A stretch of 64,000 bases of DNA, from assembly GCA_030390025.1 (NCBI GenBank), contig CM059432.1, forward strand, positions 86,244,001 through 86,308,000. Reading direction: 5' to 3'. Positions 1 through 13,439 of the stretch are shown here, piece by piece. The first letter of the stretch is position 1. Each line of letters begins with the position of its first letter. Both the position numbers and the translations under genes were made by a program. The notes under the pieces were generated by a model that was not told the origin of the DNA, did not search any database, and was given only the letters and a program-made list of their open reading frames with translations. The DNA comes from Squalus acanthias. Taxonomy: Eukaryota.

Positions 1-784
1 GTAGCACGTTCGATGTAGTCTACATGGATTTGACAAGGTCCCACATGGCAGATTAGTCAGAAAAGTAAAAGCCCATAGGATCCAAGGGAAAGTGACAAGT
101 TGGATCTAAAATTGGCTCAGTGGCAGGAAGCAATGGTGATGATCGACGGGTGTTTTTGTGACTGGAAGGCTGTTTCTAATGGGGTTCCACAGGGCTCAGT
201 ACTAGGTTGCTTGCTTTTTGTGGTATATATCAATGATTTAGACTATATTGTAGGGGGCATGATTAAGAAGTTTGCAGATGATACAAAAATTGGCCATGTG
301 GTTGATAGTGAGGAAAAAAGCTGTAGACTGCAGAAAGATATCAATGGGCTGGTCAGGTGAGCAGAAAAGTGGCAAATGGAATTCAATCTGGAGAAGTGTG
401 AGGTAATGCATTTGGGGAGGGCTAACAAGGCAAGGGAATACACAAAAGATGGTAGGAGACTGAGAAGTGTAGAGGAACAGAGGGATCTTGGAGTGCATGT
501 CCACAGATCCCTGAAGGTAGCAGTACAGGTAGATAAGGTGGTTAAGAAGGCATACGGGATACTTTCCTTTATTAGCTGAAGCATAGAATATAAGAGCAGG
601 GAAGTTATGCTTCAACTGTATAAAACCTAGTTTGGCCACAGCCTGAGTACGGCATACAGTTCTGGTCACCATATGACAGGAAAGATGTGATTGCACTAGA
701 GAGGGTACAGAGGAGATTTACGAGGATGTTGCCAGGACTGGAGAATTTTAGCTATGAGGAAAGATTGGATAAGCTGGAGTTATT
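1..784 (+). mobile_element. CR1-clade LINE, degraded RT region (interrupted at 784; 3' part resumes at 2464)
   Basis: ORF fragments [28 protein letters not shown]; sequence continues in register at 2464. Confidence 0.93.
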
Positions 785-2463
785 TAGGGACCAAAAAGGA
801 GACCTACGCATGTAGGCAGAGGGTATGGCTGAGGTACTAAATGAAGAACCAAGGAAGAAGATGCTGCCATAGACATAGTGAAGGAGGAGGTAGAGGAGAT
901 ACTGGATGGGATAAGAATGGATAAAGACGAGGTACTAGAAAGGCTGGCGGTACTTAAAGTAGATAAGTCACCAGGACCAGATGGGATGCATCCAAGGACA
1001 CGGAGGGAAGTGAAGGAAGAAATCGTGGAGGTACTGGCCATAATCTTCCAATCCTCCTTAGAAACGGGGGACTGGAGAATTGCAAATGTTACACCCTTGT
1101 TCAATAAAGGGTGTAAAGATAAACCCAGAAACTATAGGTCGGTCAGTTTAACCTCGGTAGTGGAGAAGCTTTTAGAAACAATAATCAGGGACAAAATTAA
1201 CAGTCACTTGGACAAGTGTGGATTAATTAAGGAAAGCCAGCCTGGATTTGTTAAAGGCAAATCGTGTTTAACTAACTTGATCGAGTTTTTTGATGAGGTA
1301 ACAGAAAGGGTTGATGAGGGCAATTCGGTTGATGTGGTGTACATGGATTTCCAAAAGGCATTCGACAAAATGCCACATAATAGACTTGCCAGCAAAGTTG
1401 AAGCCCATGGAATAAAAGGGACAGTGGCAGCATGAATACGAAATTGGCTAAGTGACAGGAAACAGAGAGTAGTGGTGAACGGTTGTTTTTCAGACTGGAG
1501 GAAGGTATACAGTGGTGTTCCCCAGGGGTCGGTTCTAGGACCACTGCTTTTCTTGATATATATTAATGACTTGGATGTGGGTGTACAGGGCACAATTTCA
1601 AAATTTGCAGATGACACAAAACTTGGAAGTATAGTGAACAGTGAGGAGGATAGTGATAGACTTCAAGAGGACATAGACAGGCTGGTGAAAAGTGTGAAGT
1701 GATACATTTTGGTAGAAAGAATGAGGAGAGGAAATACAAACTAAAGGGTACAATTCTAAAAGGGGTGCATGAACAGAGAGACCTTGGGGTATATGTGCAC
1801 AAATCATTGAAGGTGGCAGGGCAGTGAGAAAGCAGTTAAAAAAGCTTACGGGATCCTGGGCTTCATGAATAGAGGTATAGAGTACAAAAGCATGGAAATT
1901 ATGATGAACCTGTATAAAACACTGGTTCAGCTTCAACTGGAGTATTGTGTACAATTCTGAGCACCGCACTTTAGGAAGGATGTGAAGGTCTTAGAGAGGG
2001 TGCAGAAAAGATTTCCGAGAATGATTCCAGGGATGATGTACTTCAGTTATGTGGATAGACTGGAGAAGCTGAGGTTGTTCTCCTTAGAGCAGAGAAGATT
2101 GAGAGGAGATCGTGAGGGGTCTGGACAGAGTAGATAGAGAGAAACTGTTCCCATTGGCAGAAAGGTCGAGAACCAGAGGACACAGATGTAAGGTGATTGG
2201 CAAAAGAACCAAAGGCGACATAAGAAAAAACTTCGTTATGCAGCGAGTGGTTAGGATCTGGAATGCACTGTCTGAAAGGGTGGTGGAGGCAGACTCAATT
2301 ACGGCTTTCAAAAGGGAGTTGGATAAGTACCTGAAAGAAAAAAATTTGCAGGGCTACAGAGAAAGGGCGGGGATGTGGGACTAGCTGAGGTACTCTTGCA
2401 AGGAGCCGGCGCGGGCTCGATGGGCCGAATGGCCTTCTTCCGTGCTGTAACCCTTCTATGATT
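785..2463 (+). mobile_element. 5'-truncated CR1 LINE nested in another CR1
   Basis: [37 protein letters not shown]; 3' tail TTCTATGATT; flanks join to give the host CR1. Confidence 0.92.
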
Positions 2464-2858
2464 CTCTTTGGAACAGAGGAGGCTGAGGGGAGACTTAATT
2501 GAGGTGTATAAAATTATGAGGGGCCTAGATAGAGTGGATAGGAAGGACCTATTTCCCTTAGCAGAGAGGTCAATAACCAGGGGGCATAAATTTAAAGTAA
2601 TTGGTAGAAGAATTAGAGGGAAGTTGAGGAAATAAAATTTCACTCAGAGGGTGGTGGGAGTCTGGAACTCACTTCTTGAAAGAGTGGTAAAGGCAGAAAC
2701 CCTCAATGCGTTCAGAAAGTACTTGGATATGCATTTGAAGTGCCGTAACCTACAGGGCTACGGACCAAGAGCTGGAAAGTGGGATTAGGCTGGATAACTC
2801 TTTTTTGGCCAATGGGTTGAATGCCCTCCTTCTGTGCCGTAAATTTCTATGTTTCTAT
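2464..2858 (+). mobile_element. 3' end of the host CR1 LINE
   Basis: RRLRGDLIEVYKI-like coding, CR1 3'UTR and TTTCTATGTTTCTAT tail. Confidence 0.9.
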
Positions 2859-2859
2859 C

Positions 2860-5000
2860 AACTGCCATCTGGCCAGGCACTGGTGGAGGAGCACAAAATA
2901 GAAGAGCACCAAAGCACTGATGCTGAAGACAGCACCGTCACTCGATTTCACACTCGCAGCCACCAGCTCAGATATTGACACACCACGTAGTTTAGAGGAT
3001 AAGTTAGAGGCGGGATCGGCACATGGTGAGTATTGGGCATGAGTGGCCTGTGGCCAGGGCAGAGGGAAAGGGTAGCCCAGGCGCCAGCTCCCCAGAGCGC
3101 AAAGTCGCATACGAGTTCTGCTGCAGAGGACTCAGATGAGGACTTCGATGGAGCGGCATACAGAAGAACGCTGATGGGTATGTACATTTAAATGCTTGGT
3201 GCATTGGCAGACCTGCCAGAAAGCCTGAGTGCAATTTCAAGAAGCATGAGGAGTCTGGCACCCATCTTGCACAGGGCCATGTGCAGAGCTTGGAGCCCAT
3301 GATTTCCAGCATGGAAGTGATGGGCAACTCCATTAGCGCACTTGTGGACCCAGCGTCTGATGGCCGATGTCTCAGCTTCTATTGCAGCACAAGCCACCCA
3401 ACATCTGAGTGCTGCAGCGAAAGCTCAAAGTTCTGTCATACAACCTCAGACTGCTCGCGTGCAGGCTCAGCTTGCTGCCATGCAAGCTCAGACTGCTGCC
3501 ATTGTGGCTAGGTTTACCAATGTGGAAAGGGACTTTCAGGGTGTCACAGCAGTCCAGCAATCTGTCCTCCAACAGATTACTAGGAATGCTGAGGTGCTGC
3601 CCCAGACGGGTGGCAGTGGCTCCGTGGAGCACGAAACTGCTGTCTTCTAACAGGATGACAACATTCGTCCTCCCACCATTGCCACTCCACCAGTGCCCTT
3701 GCTGTTGCCTGTCAGCCAGCCAGCCCAGACTGCTGCTGCCCATGCCAAGGTGGTGCAGTCTGAAGCCGGGCCTTCTAGGCCCAGAGCTGCTTGAGGTCAT
3801 CCTGCAAGGCCATCTGCAATCTCCCCCACTGAAAGTCAGCAGCCTTCCACCAGCCATGCTGCAGCCACTGGGGTACCACTTCATAGGATCACTAGGACAG
3901 GCAAAGGCACACTGAAGACAGGCACTAAGGGAATGCACAAGGGTGACTAGTTGACTTTGTTTGATTATATTGGATGGATTGATGGATAAAGTTGGATTAG
4001 AATGTTTCTTTTGTGGTGGCTTTTATTTCAGCATTGTGGCCAAGATGGTCAGTAACAGAGGGAAGGTAAGGTGTGGGACCAATGATCGCTTTAACAGGCT
4101 GCACGGGCCATTCAAATTCCTGCGTATGCACATTTTTTCTATTTAAAAGCTGGTGTGCTGGCTGCGCTAGAGCTCCAGACAGCTTAACAGGGACATTGCG
4201 TGGGACTATTGTTGAATAGGGAATTGGGGTTGCGTTCACTGGTACCGCAGTTGGATGTGAGGCTGCAGGTCTGGTTGCAAGAGCTAGCAGTGTTCTGTGA
4301 GCACCTCCTTCGTAAAGCACAGACGCCTCACACACTGTTCCTAGATCAGGCTGAGCTAAGAGAATTGCTCTCGGAAGACCCTAGGTGGGAAAGGCCTCCT
4401 GCTGAGAGCCCTTCTCCCCCTCCTCCTCCTCCCTCTGTAAGCAACTTGTCCTCTTCTGCGTTGCCTATGCTCCAGCTCCCTGTCATGCTGCAGGCCAAGG
4501 GGGGTGACAACTACAGCACCCATGACTGGGAGCAAGTGGTCTGGCCAGAACCCTTGAAGTCAGAACCAAGGCCTTCTCCACTTGCAGCACCGCTCCCTGT
4601 CACCTCACCAACTTTAAACGACTCTGGAAACCACCAAACACTTCCACAAACTTAAACAGAGCCAGTAGAAATTAATCAGCAACTAACCTGAGATTGGTTG
4701 CTGATCCCTTTAAATATCGTTGATGGGGGGTCCTTGCTGCTGCTGAACACATGTTCAGCTGTGCGAGGTTAAGACAGGGTGTAAGCTCCAGCGTTCAGGA
4801 CGAAAATGGCAGTGCTGGCGTCAAATCAGTGTTGCACGCTAATTGACGTCACGATCTGCCTACCCAACATACTTCCGGCACACGCTCCTAACACCCGGCG
4901 TACCACCCGCACCAAAATGACGTCCGGCGTGGCCCACACCAGAAGTGTGCGCAGATGCCATTTTCGAGACAAAATGATGCCCGTAGCGCCAAAAAGCCCA
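2860..5000. mobile_element. Degraded Harbinger: Myb-gene last exon remnant (+, ~2860-3950) and transposase 5' remnant (-, ~4230-4520)
   Basis: QQSVLQQITRNAEVLP matches QQSVLRQIAPDAEVLP of the intact copy; minus strand reads RRPFPPRVFREQF...RRLCFTKEVLTE..LLQPDLQP with stops; ends not resolved. Confidence 0.8.
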
Positions 5001-5198
5001 TGGGGTTTAGGTGAGAACAGGATCAAGTTCAGCTGTGATTCCTCCAGAGTTAAGTGGCATGCTGACATTGACCATCCAGGCTTAAGATGAAGAATGGCCA
5101 TTTGGGTGAGGTACCAGAGGACTTCCACTGGCAGTGCAATTATAACCCAGCTAGAGTCGGTACCTACGCTCCCCATATGCCTCAGAGGTAAAGCCATT

Positions 5199-6520
5199 GA
5201 CTCTGATAGTTACGGGGAGGCGGGAAGGGAGGAGTTCTAGACGGGAAACCCGGAAGTACGGGTTTCCCGGATGTCATGCTGAAATTAACAGCAGGACGCA
5301 TTTTACATTTTTTCACCAGATTTCCCTGATTGGCAGGCTGCCTGCCTGTCGGGCGGGAAAGCCTGCGGAACATGGCCGCAGCCGGGCAGCAGAGTAGGGA
5401 GCGAGAGATTGTGGGGATGGGGGCTCGTGTTCGGGGTCGGGGGGGAAAGAGTGATCATGGTCAGGGGGAAGAGATCGTAGTTGGGAGGGAGAAGAGATAG
5501 GGTGGGGGGGTAGTTCGTGGTCAGGAGTGGGGGGAAGAGATCATGGTCGGGGGAAGGGATCGTGGTCGGGAGTGGGGGGAAGAGATCGTGGTCGGGAGGG
5601 AGAAGAGATCGGGGTGAGGGGTAGATCGTGGTCAGGAGTGGGGGGAAGAGATCGTGGTCGGGGGAAGGGATCGTAGTCGGGAGGGAGAAGAGATCGGGGT
5701 GGGGGGTAGATCGTGGTCGGGAGTGGGGGGAAGAGATCATGGTCGGGGTAAGGGATCGTGGTCGGGAGTGGGGGGAAGAGATCGTGGTCGGGAGGGAGAA
5801 GAGATCGGGGTGGGGGGTAGATCGTGGTGGGGAGTGGGGGGAAGAGATCATGGTCATGGGGGTAAAGAGATCGTAGACAGGAGGGAGATGGGGGTGTTGG
5901 AGCGATCGTGGTCGTGAGGTGAGATGCGGGGAGGGGTCGGATAGATCATGGTCAGGGTGGGAAAGAGATCGTGGTCGAGGTGGGAAAAGATCGTGGAGTT
6001 CAGGTGAGATGGAGGGTCAGAGATTGTGGGAGATCCCGGGGGGGGGATCGGGGGATATCGCGGGGAGTCGGAGGTCGGGGGAGCGATCGGGGTGGTTGGA
6101 GATAACTGGGGTCGGGGGCCAGAGATCATGGAGGTGGGGGCAGCCGATCACAGGGAGGGGAGCAGGTAAGCTTGTTGCGCCTGGAGGAAACACTCCTGCT
6201 CCTCCTTACCCACAAGCAGTACTGTAAATACACCTACCTTATGGATCCAGCCCTTCTTGCCTCCTTTTACCTGCCAGGTTTCCCGAGAAACCCAGTCGAA
6301 ATGGGTAAAAAATAAAAAGCCTATAAAAATGGAAGCATGCAGCCTCCTTAAAATCTTTTACCAACCGACCCACCTCCTGAGAATGGATTGATTGCCCGCA
6401 CCATGACCTGCCTCAATTAGAACCAGAAGTGGGCGGGATTGAGGTGGGTCTGAAATTTTTTCAATTTTAAATTCTCACCTGCACCCAACTCACCCGTTCT
6501 TGGGAGTTAATATTACCCCC
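5199..6520. mobile_element. Non-autonomous Harbinger-like element with internal G-rich minisatellite
   Basis: Right end AATATTACCCCC; ATT/AAT flanks; homologous in reverse orientation to 60856-61714. Confidence 0.65.
5430..6150. repeat. G-rich minisatellite (GGGGAAGAGATCGTGGTCGGGA-like units)
   Basis: Dozens of degenerate ~17-24 bp units visible. Confidence 0.9.
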
Positions 6521-6577
6521 AATTATCTCAACCCTACCGACAAGGAAAATTCGATCCCTAGTCTGTTGTGAGTTAAC

Positions 6578-8075
6578 TGTAAGATTCTCAAAATTCACAG
6601 ATCCCCCAAAACTCGAAGACAAACCCTAAGGAAAAGATTTGGGACTCTTTTTCTAACTATTTCAGGGTGGTGAAATGCATTGGGCCTAACCGAAGGACAT
6701 GTTAGAGCAAAAACCAAGATTTGGTATCTTAAAAGACATATCTGGACTTGTAAGGGAGAAAAGGCTGTAAAGGAAGGTGGGTTCAACCTCTGTAAAGACA
6801 GTTTGGGTATTGGAGTTAATGGAAACTGTCTGGGGAACCGCATGACCTCGCTGGGAGTTAAATCGGCCCCTATCAGACATTAACATCCTAACAATTAAAC
6901 CCGAGGAAAAACAGTCTCCACCCAAATTTACAGAGCCCATCAAAACATGCATAAAACAGATCACTTCGGCCTACTCTATAGAAATCCCAGGCCCAGTCAA
7001 GAAACTCAAAACTTGGGAACAATCAACCACAATTAAGTGGCAGATCGACAGGATGGAGCCATCCCGAAACCACTTCACACATTAACAAACAAGTTACCGT
7101 TAACGAGCCTGCCAAAATCTAACAATGACCGGGATCTGATTTGGCGCGCAGATAAGAAGCTTCAATTAGTATAATTGAAGGCCCGTTCTCAACCTGGGAA
7201 GAAGAAAGAAGGACAAGTTCATCCACGGAGGCATTCACCGCAACACAGTTCTCCAGCACCACCGTTCAACGTTCCGTGTCCAGCCAGGAGGTCGACAGCC
7301 CGAAAACCAGACCATTCAACAAAGGAGGCCAACAGCTCCCGAAGTAGGCCGACACGTGGAAGAAACCAGAGCGACCGCCTCAGTGACCATCGGACACCTC
7401 GCGGCAACAAGGGTCTCATGAAAACAACCAACCGAACATCACCACCAATATTGGGCCACCGCGACCAAAGAAAACCAACTCGGAGAAAAACCGAAGATCC
7501 GCAAAGTTTCCACTCTACAATCTACTCCTGACTTACCCCTGGGTAAGATTTTCCCCAAAAGACTCTAAACCCTACTTCTAAACCAAAGAAAAGTGGCTAC
7601 TCACCTGATAGATCCAATACGCACCCTACCGCATCAGCGGACTCGCGAAGACTGACCAGCTACGCAGTTGAAGTCCTCTACCGCGTACAGGGTACGGCAG
7701 ACACCAACCAACATATAGAGCGAACCCCAAAACCGCGAACCAGCCCAACTGTCAAGGATTCTGGTGAGTATCATCCCTGGTCCTCTAGAGTCCAACCTAG
7801 CTAGGGAAGTGGGATTGGGAGGGGTGAAGTATTCTTCTAATGTTATTTCCCTCGTTTGTACCGAAGTGTTCCCCACTTTATTAGAGTGTTAAGAGTGTTT
7901 GTGTTGTGTTTTACTCTCTTGAATAAAGATCAAAGTTCTTGCATCAAAACCAGTTGTCTGTTGCACTTTTGTCACAACCCCCAAATAAGTCCAAGTTCTA
8001 GAACCAAGGGAGTGGGAGCGATTCGAACCGCTCAGAAGTCAGAGGTGAAGCTGACACAAACCACCACCCCCTACA
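6578..8075 (+). mobile_element. Solo LTR (1498 bp)
   Basis: TGTA...TACA termini; 4-bp TSD TAAC (6574-6577, 8076-8079); AATAAA at 7922; splits an older SINE. Confidence 0.88.
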
Positions 8076-8529
8076 TAACCATGGCAGTGATAAGGGTGAT
8101 ATACTTGGCCAAATCGCCCCTGGGTTGGAAAATCATCTAAAGATTGCCTGTCCACCAACCCCTGTTGGATGTGTGTGAACAACAGGTAATGACAGCATCA
8201 GGCTTGGCTGTGATACCTTCCATTGCCATGTAGCTTGCCAACACTTTCCGTTAAGGTTCACATGTGAATTATAACCCTTTGGGCGAGGTACTCAAGGGAG
8301 TTAATGCTTTCAGAGGAGGAAAACAAAAAAATTCAGCACTTTTTCTTTAAAAAAATTTTTTTTACTGCCGTTCCTGTGGAGTAGAAGTGCTCCTCCCAAC
8401 TCCACAGCTCAGTCCTCCTGCATCTCCTCCATGTATTAGAGCTTGTGATGCTCCCTGAGCTCAGTGCAAATCCTCAGTCTCCATTCCCCTTGTTCCTCAT
8501 TTGCCCACCAGTGGAAACAATTTTTTTTT

Positions 8530-8960
8530 TTATTCGTTCACGGAATGTGAGCGTCACTGACAAGGCCAGCATTTATTACCCATCCCTACTTGCCCTAGAG
8601 AAGGTGGTGGTGAGCCACCTTCTTGAACCGCTGCAGTGATACTTCTTTGTAGCAGTTTGGTACTAACCATTTCAGAGGGCAATTAAGAATCAACCACATT
8701 GCTGTGGGTCTGGAGTCATATATAGACCAGACAAGGATGGCAGATTTCCTTCCCTAAAGGGCAATTTATGAACCAGATGGGTTTTTATGACCATCCAGTA
8801 GTTTCATGGTCACCATTACTGATACTAGCTTTTTATTCCAGATTTATTTAATTAAGTGAATTTAAATTCCCCAGCTGCCATCGTGGGATTTAGAACTCAT
8901 GTCTCCAGATCACTAGTCCTCTGGATTACTAGTCCAGTAACATAACCACTATGCTACTGT
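8530..8960 (-). mobile_element. tRNA-derived SINE with LINE-derived 3' tail
   Basis: tRNA-like head at ~8880-8960 on the minus strand; tail shared with the LINE 3' ends at 21800-22030 and 48545-49200. Confidence 0.65.
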
Positions 8961-9359
8961 TCACTGTTTACCCACAGTCAGGTCACCAGGCTTAGTCACC
9001 TCTTTACTAGGTGTTTTTCTCTCGGCGCTGCTCCCACTCACCACGTTGCTGCTGCTGCTGCTACTCCCGGCTCTCCAGGAGATGCTGGACCCTATGCCCA
9101 CCCACCCCACCCCGCCTTCCCCCCCCACCCCAATCTAAGTCTCCCCAGCCCTGCATCTCTCCATGCTCCTTCTCTCTCTCTCCCCTCTCCCCTTCACCTT
9201 CCAGTCACTCCGAAGTGAACGCAGATTCTCTGTGCCTGCGGAGGGGAGGGGCGTCATCACGGAGCGGGTGCTGCCGGTGCACGAAGTTTAAAAGCTGCCA
9301 TTCTCCCAGGCTGTAAGAAGTAGCGCCCGGGAGATTCATGCCCCATTTTGGGATACATG

Positions 9360-9446
9360 GCAACACTAAGCGCAGCACACTGCAGGCCAGATTAATCTGT
9401 GTCACACACCGGATCCAGCCTGCAGACCGTATGTTTGACACCCCTG
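9360..9446 (-). mobile_element. hAT-like MITE terminus
   Basis: Reverse complement begins CAGGGGTGTCAAACATACGG, typical of Charlie-type ends; other end not found. Confidence 0.45.
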
Positions 9447-10582
9447 ATCTACAGCCCTATTAAGAAGAGCACTCCAAGTTTCCACTACCCTTTGTATAAA
9501 AAAGTGCTTCCCGCGAGAACTGCCTTCCTGTCCTTTACCTCCTGAATATGCACTTCAAGTACACGGTGATCAAAACAGATTGAGAGCCTTGGATGCCTGC
9601 ATTTTCCAGAGATATTGCACAGTAAACCACTGTCCTATTTTCCATAAGCAAATGCCTTCTTAATGCTCTTATGCAATTCAGACTCATTATTGCATCTCGT
9701 GCTAGACTGGGCATTGTAGCACACAATTTACTGAAACCAACAATATTGGGAGTCAACAGAGTAGCCTTCATTTTCTTTTTGGAACCCAGTTAACCCCCCC
9801 AAAAGTGCAGCACCAATTTTTAGGCTGCAATGAAGTACCATCAAGATGCAGCCTAGTATTTGGTTAACTTTTTTCTAATTGGTCTAATTGTTAGCCCAAA
9901 TCCTTTTTTGTCTCCACCTTCACAATTGGATACCCCTTCATCATGTGCATATTTACTGTTTCTTGTTCCAATATACATTACCTTGTATATATCTGTATTG
10001 AAATTCATGCTCCAATACCTAACTAAGCTATTTAATTGGATCCAGGTCTTTTTGAATGCTATTGTTCGGGGGCAATTTTCTCAGCCCCGAGGAGACGGTT
10101 TGGAGGCGGGAAAGGCGGGAAAATCGCAAAAAAGGAGTGCGGGTTTGGAACCCGCCTCCGCGCAATTTTGCCAGTGCCGTTTTTGCAGGGTGGGAAACGG
10201 TCCCGCCTCCAGCAGGCCAGTGAGGTTGTTAAGAGCCTTAAATGGTCGTTAAGGGCCTCTCTAATCCTATTTTGAGAGGCCCTCGTTATTTTTCGACATT
10301 TTCAGCGTGTTCCATGACCCTCCTAAATCACGCCAGCTAAACCTGGCGGGTTGACAAGTGTGTGGCCTCCTCACAGCTGCAGCTCCACCATTAAATCGGA
10401 GCTTTCATCAGGGATTAGTTGCAGGTGGCAGAACTTTGCTTTAAAAGGTCTTTCAGCACTTTTAGCAGGCCTTCCGAAGTCGGAGGTGCTGCAGCTTCTA
10501 TCTAGCAACTGTGGGACCTCCTTGGAAGACCATGTCCCCGCTTGGAATGAGCGCTTCCCCAACGGAGGCATCTGCAAACAGC

Positions 10583-11713
10583 ATGGGAACCATTCATTTC
10601 CTTTCACCATGGACCTCAGATTCGGATCAGGAGCATCCACAACAGCAGCAGAACCAGGCAGCTCAGCAGCAACAGCAGCAGGATCCCCAACCTTCTGCTC
10701 AGCCACCTGATGCTACACAGGGCAGAAGCCGCCAGCGCATCGAGGCACCTCGCCGCAGGAGATACCCCCAACAGAGGGTTTATAGACAGAGGATGAGCTA
10801 CCTCAAAATGAGTGAGTAGCAGTGCCAAAGGAGGCTGAGACTTTCGCGAGAGGTTGTCCGAGAAATCTGCGGACTGCTGCAGCAAGACCTGGTGCCCAGA
10901 GGAATGCGTGGACACCCCTTACCAGTGGCTGTCAAAGTCACCACCGCACTCAACATTTTTGCCTCAGGCTCCTTCCAGGGATCATCAGCAGACATCAGCG
11001 GCATCTCCCAGTCTGCCGCCCACAGTTGCATCACGCAGGTTACCGATGCCCTTTTCGCAAAGGCGCACAATTACATCCAGTTCTCAAGGGATCAAGCAAG
11101 TATAACCGCGCGTTCGGTTGGCTTTGCAAATATGGCAGGCTTGCCAATGGTGCAGGGCGTCATAGACTGCACACATGTGGCCCTTAGGGCACCCCATCAC
11201 AACCACAAGGGCTTCCACTCCCTCAACGTACAGCTGGTGTGTAACCACAAGAAGGAGTTTTTGCATGTTTGCGCCAAGTTCTGTGGTAGTTGCAATGACT
11301 CTTTCATCCTGCGGCACTCTAGTGTTCCTCTGCTTTTCAATCCACCAAACCAACTTAACGGATGGCTCCTTGGTGACAAAGGCTACCCCCTGAAGAAGTG
11401 GCTAATGATGCCAATCAGGAGGCCAGCTAACGAGGCTGAAGAGTGCTACGCCAGCCACACTTCGACCAGGTCCATCATCGAGCAAACCATTGGGTTGTTG
11501 AAGATGCGCTTTCGATGCCTTGACCGATCAGGTGGAGCCCTGCAGTATACACCATACAGGGTCTCCAGAATGGTCGTGCTCTGCTGTGCACTGCACAACA
11601 TGGCACAGCGTCGTGGCTTGCAGCTTCCTGATGAGGAAGTGGCTCAGTTCCAGGCCTCCTCAGATGAGGATGAGGATGAGGAGGAGGAGGAGGATGAGGA
11701 GGCTGAGGATTAG
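10583..11713 (+). pseudogene. Harbinger/HARBI1-like DDE transposase pseudogene
   Basis: GVIDCTH, NDSFI, LGDKGY, IEQTIG, LHN motifs; in-frame TAG at 10817-10819 and small deletions relative to the intact copy. Confidence 0.9.
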
Positions 11714-12029
11714 GAGGAGGAGGAGGAGGAGGAGCAGGAGGAGGAGGAGGACCGAGCGCCGATCTATCGACCAGCAGCAGCGGCAGCACGCAAGCACATG
11801 GCTGCCCGTGATGCAAGGGATGCACTTATTCTGGCCAGATTTGCATAGGTTGCCCATGTTGGCACATGCCCTTGGCTCCATCTTAAGACATCATAGACAA
11901 TGGACATGACTCTCTGGCCTCCTTTCACTCTGGCCACCAACCTGACAACGCAAGTGTCGCGGAGCCCGCAATGTGGAGCTGCCTAAGGCGCAAGAACAGA
12001 TGCCATCACGCCAACATTTTGCCATCAAA

Positions 12030-12275
12030 TCATTTTAATGCTTTCCAACAGGGATGGCATTTCATCAATACACATAAACATTCACCCAATCTGCACACAG
12101 ATCTGGAGGTTATATCCCTTGCCAGCTGGACCCACACAGCCTTGGTTTCTTTGGGAGGCCTCTTCCTCCCAGATGAGGGAAAGAGCACCTCCCTGCTAGC
12201 CCTCACTCCCTCAACCAACATTTGCAGCGCTTCATCCGAGAACCTCGGGGAGGCCCTTACCTTGGAATTGGACAT
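12030..12275 (-). pseudogene. Truncated Myb/SANT-like gene of Harbinger A
   Basis: PRFSDEALQMLVEGV...VLFP...W..LA trihelix N-terminus; breaks off before the third helix. Confidence 0.8.
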
Positions 12276-13439
12276 AGTGGTTTCTCAAAATATGTTACAG
12301 GTGGTGCAGCATTGACAGAAATCCAGTGGAATGATCCAAGGCAGCAAGCAGCCCTTAAATCAGGCTGGAAAAGTGATGTCAGCAGAGGCGAGTTTCAGTC
12401 CCAAAACACTAATTGACCAAGGGCAACCCATACCTCTGAAATCAACTGGTCAATCAGGGGAAAATCGCAATTTTTTCAAACCGATCAGTGGAGGCGGGTT
12501 TGGAACCCACCCAAACCGAAACCTGCCTCCAACCCGCCTCCAGTGGGAAAATCGACCCCTTCATCCTTATATTTGTTACTTGACCACGTAGCTTAGTATC
12601 ACAAGCAAATTTTATTTACTGTGCTATAATTACTGTAATAATAGAAAAAGTAAAATTGTTTGAGTCATTTATGAATACAATTAGCAATACAGGGCTCAGA
12701 TGGGGGAATTCAGTAGTCACAAACCTCCAGACAGAGCTTCTTTTGCTATTTATTGTCACCTTCTGCTTCCAATTACCAATCCACTTTTCTTTGTTTTTGA
12801 ACTGCAATTGTTCTCAGTTACAACACACAGTCATATATTTATACATGTGTACTTTTAAAGAATACAGAATGATAGGGAGTGACCCTTGCATAGAAGTTTA
12901 CAAAAGGCAAAGGTACTGGGTCTGATAAGTGGTGTTGGGATTTAGGTATGATGCTGGTAGATAGGTACAAACAGCAACTTCCAATGCACTGAATTATGGA
13001 GTGTTGTATTTGCTCGAGCTGTTGGACTCTAACTTCTCAGAGAAGTTCACACAGTCAGATCACATTTGAGTTCAGTAGCTCTATACTGGATTTTTGTTTA
13101 TGTTACTTCAGGTGCAAATTTGGTGTGTCTAGAATCTGGATTATAATACTGGGAGTTCCAATCATCGTTCATGATGTCACTGAAGGTGTCATTTTGCCAT
13201 ATAAGATTATAAACTCCCATCAGCGAGAACAGCAGAGAAATGCTTGCTTTTAAATGACATTCCTCTGTCCGCTATTTTATCGCGGACTCTAACCTATTAT
13301 TTTTTATGGGTTACCATCTGCATTAAAATAGCAGCAAGAAAATGTTACATAAGCACACTAAGCATTAATCTGCTAATATTAACAATAATTTCTAGCCTAA
13401 AATGTCTTGGCATAAAACATGGGAAAAGATCTCCCATTG

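Larger units (their letters stand above)
10068..12559. mobile_element. Internally deleted Harbinger transposon (family A)
   Basis: TIRs GGGGGCAATTTTC / GAAAATCGACCCC; 3-bp TSD TTC; transposase on +, truncated Myb exon on -. Confidence 0.92.

Noticed and set aside
5303..6227. Pro/Gly-rich ORFs
   Set aside because: Translation artefacts of the minisatellite
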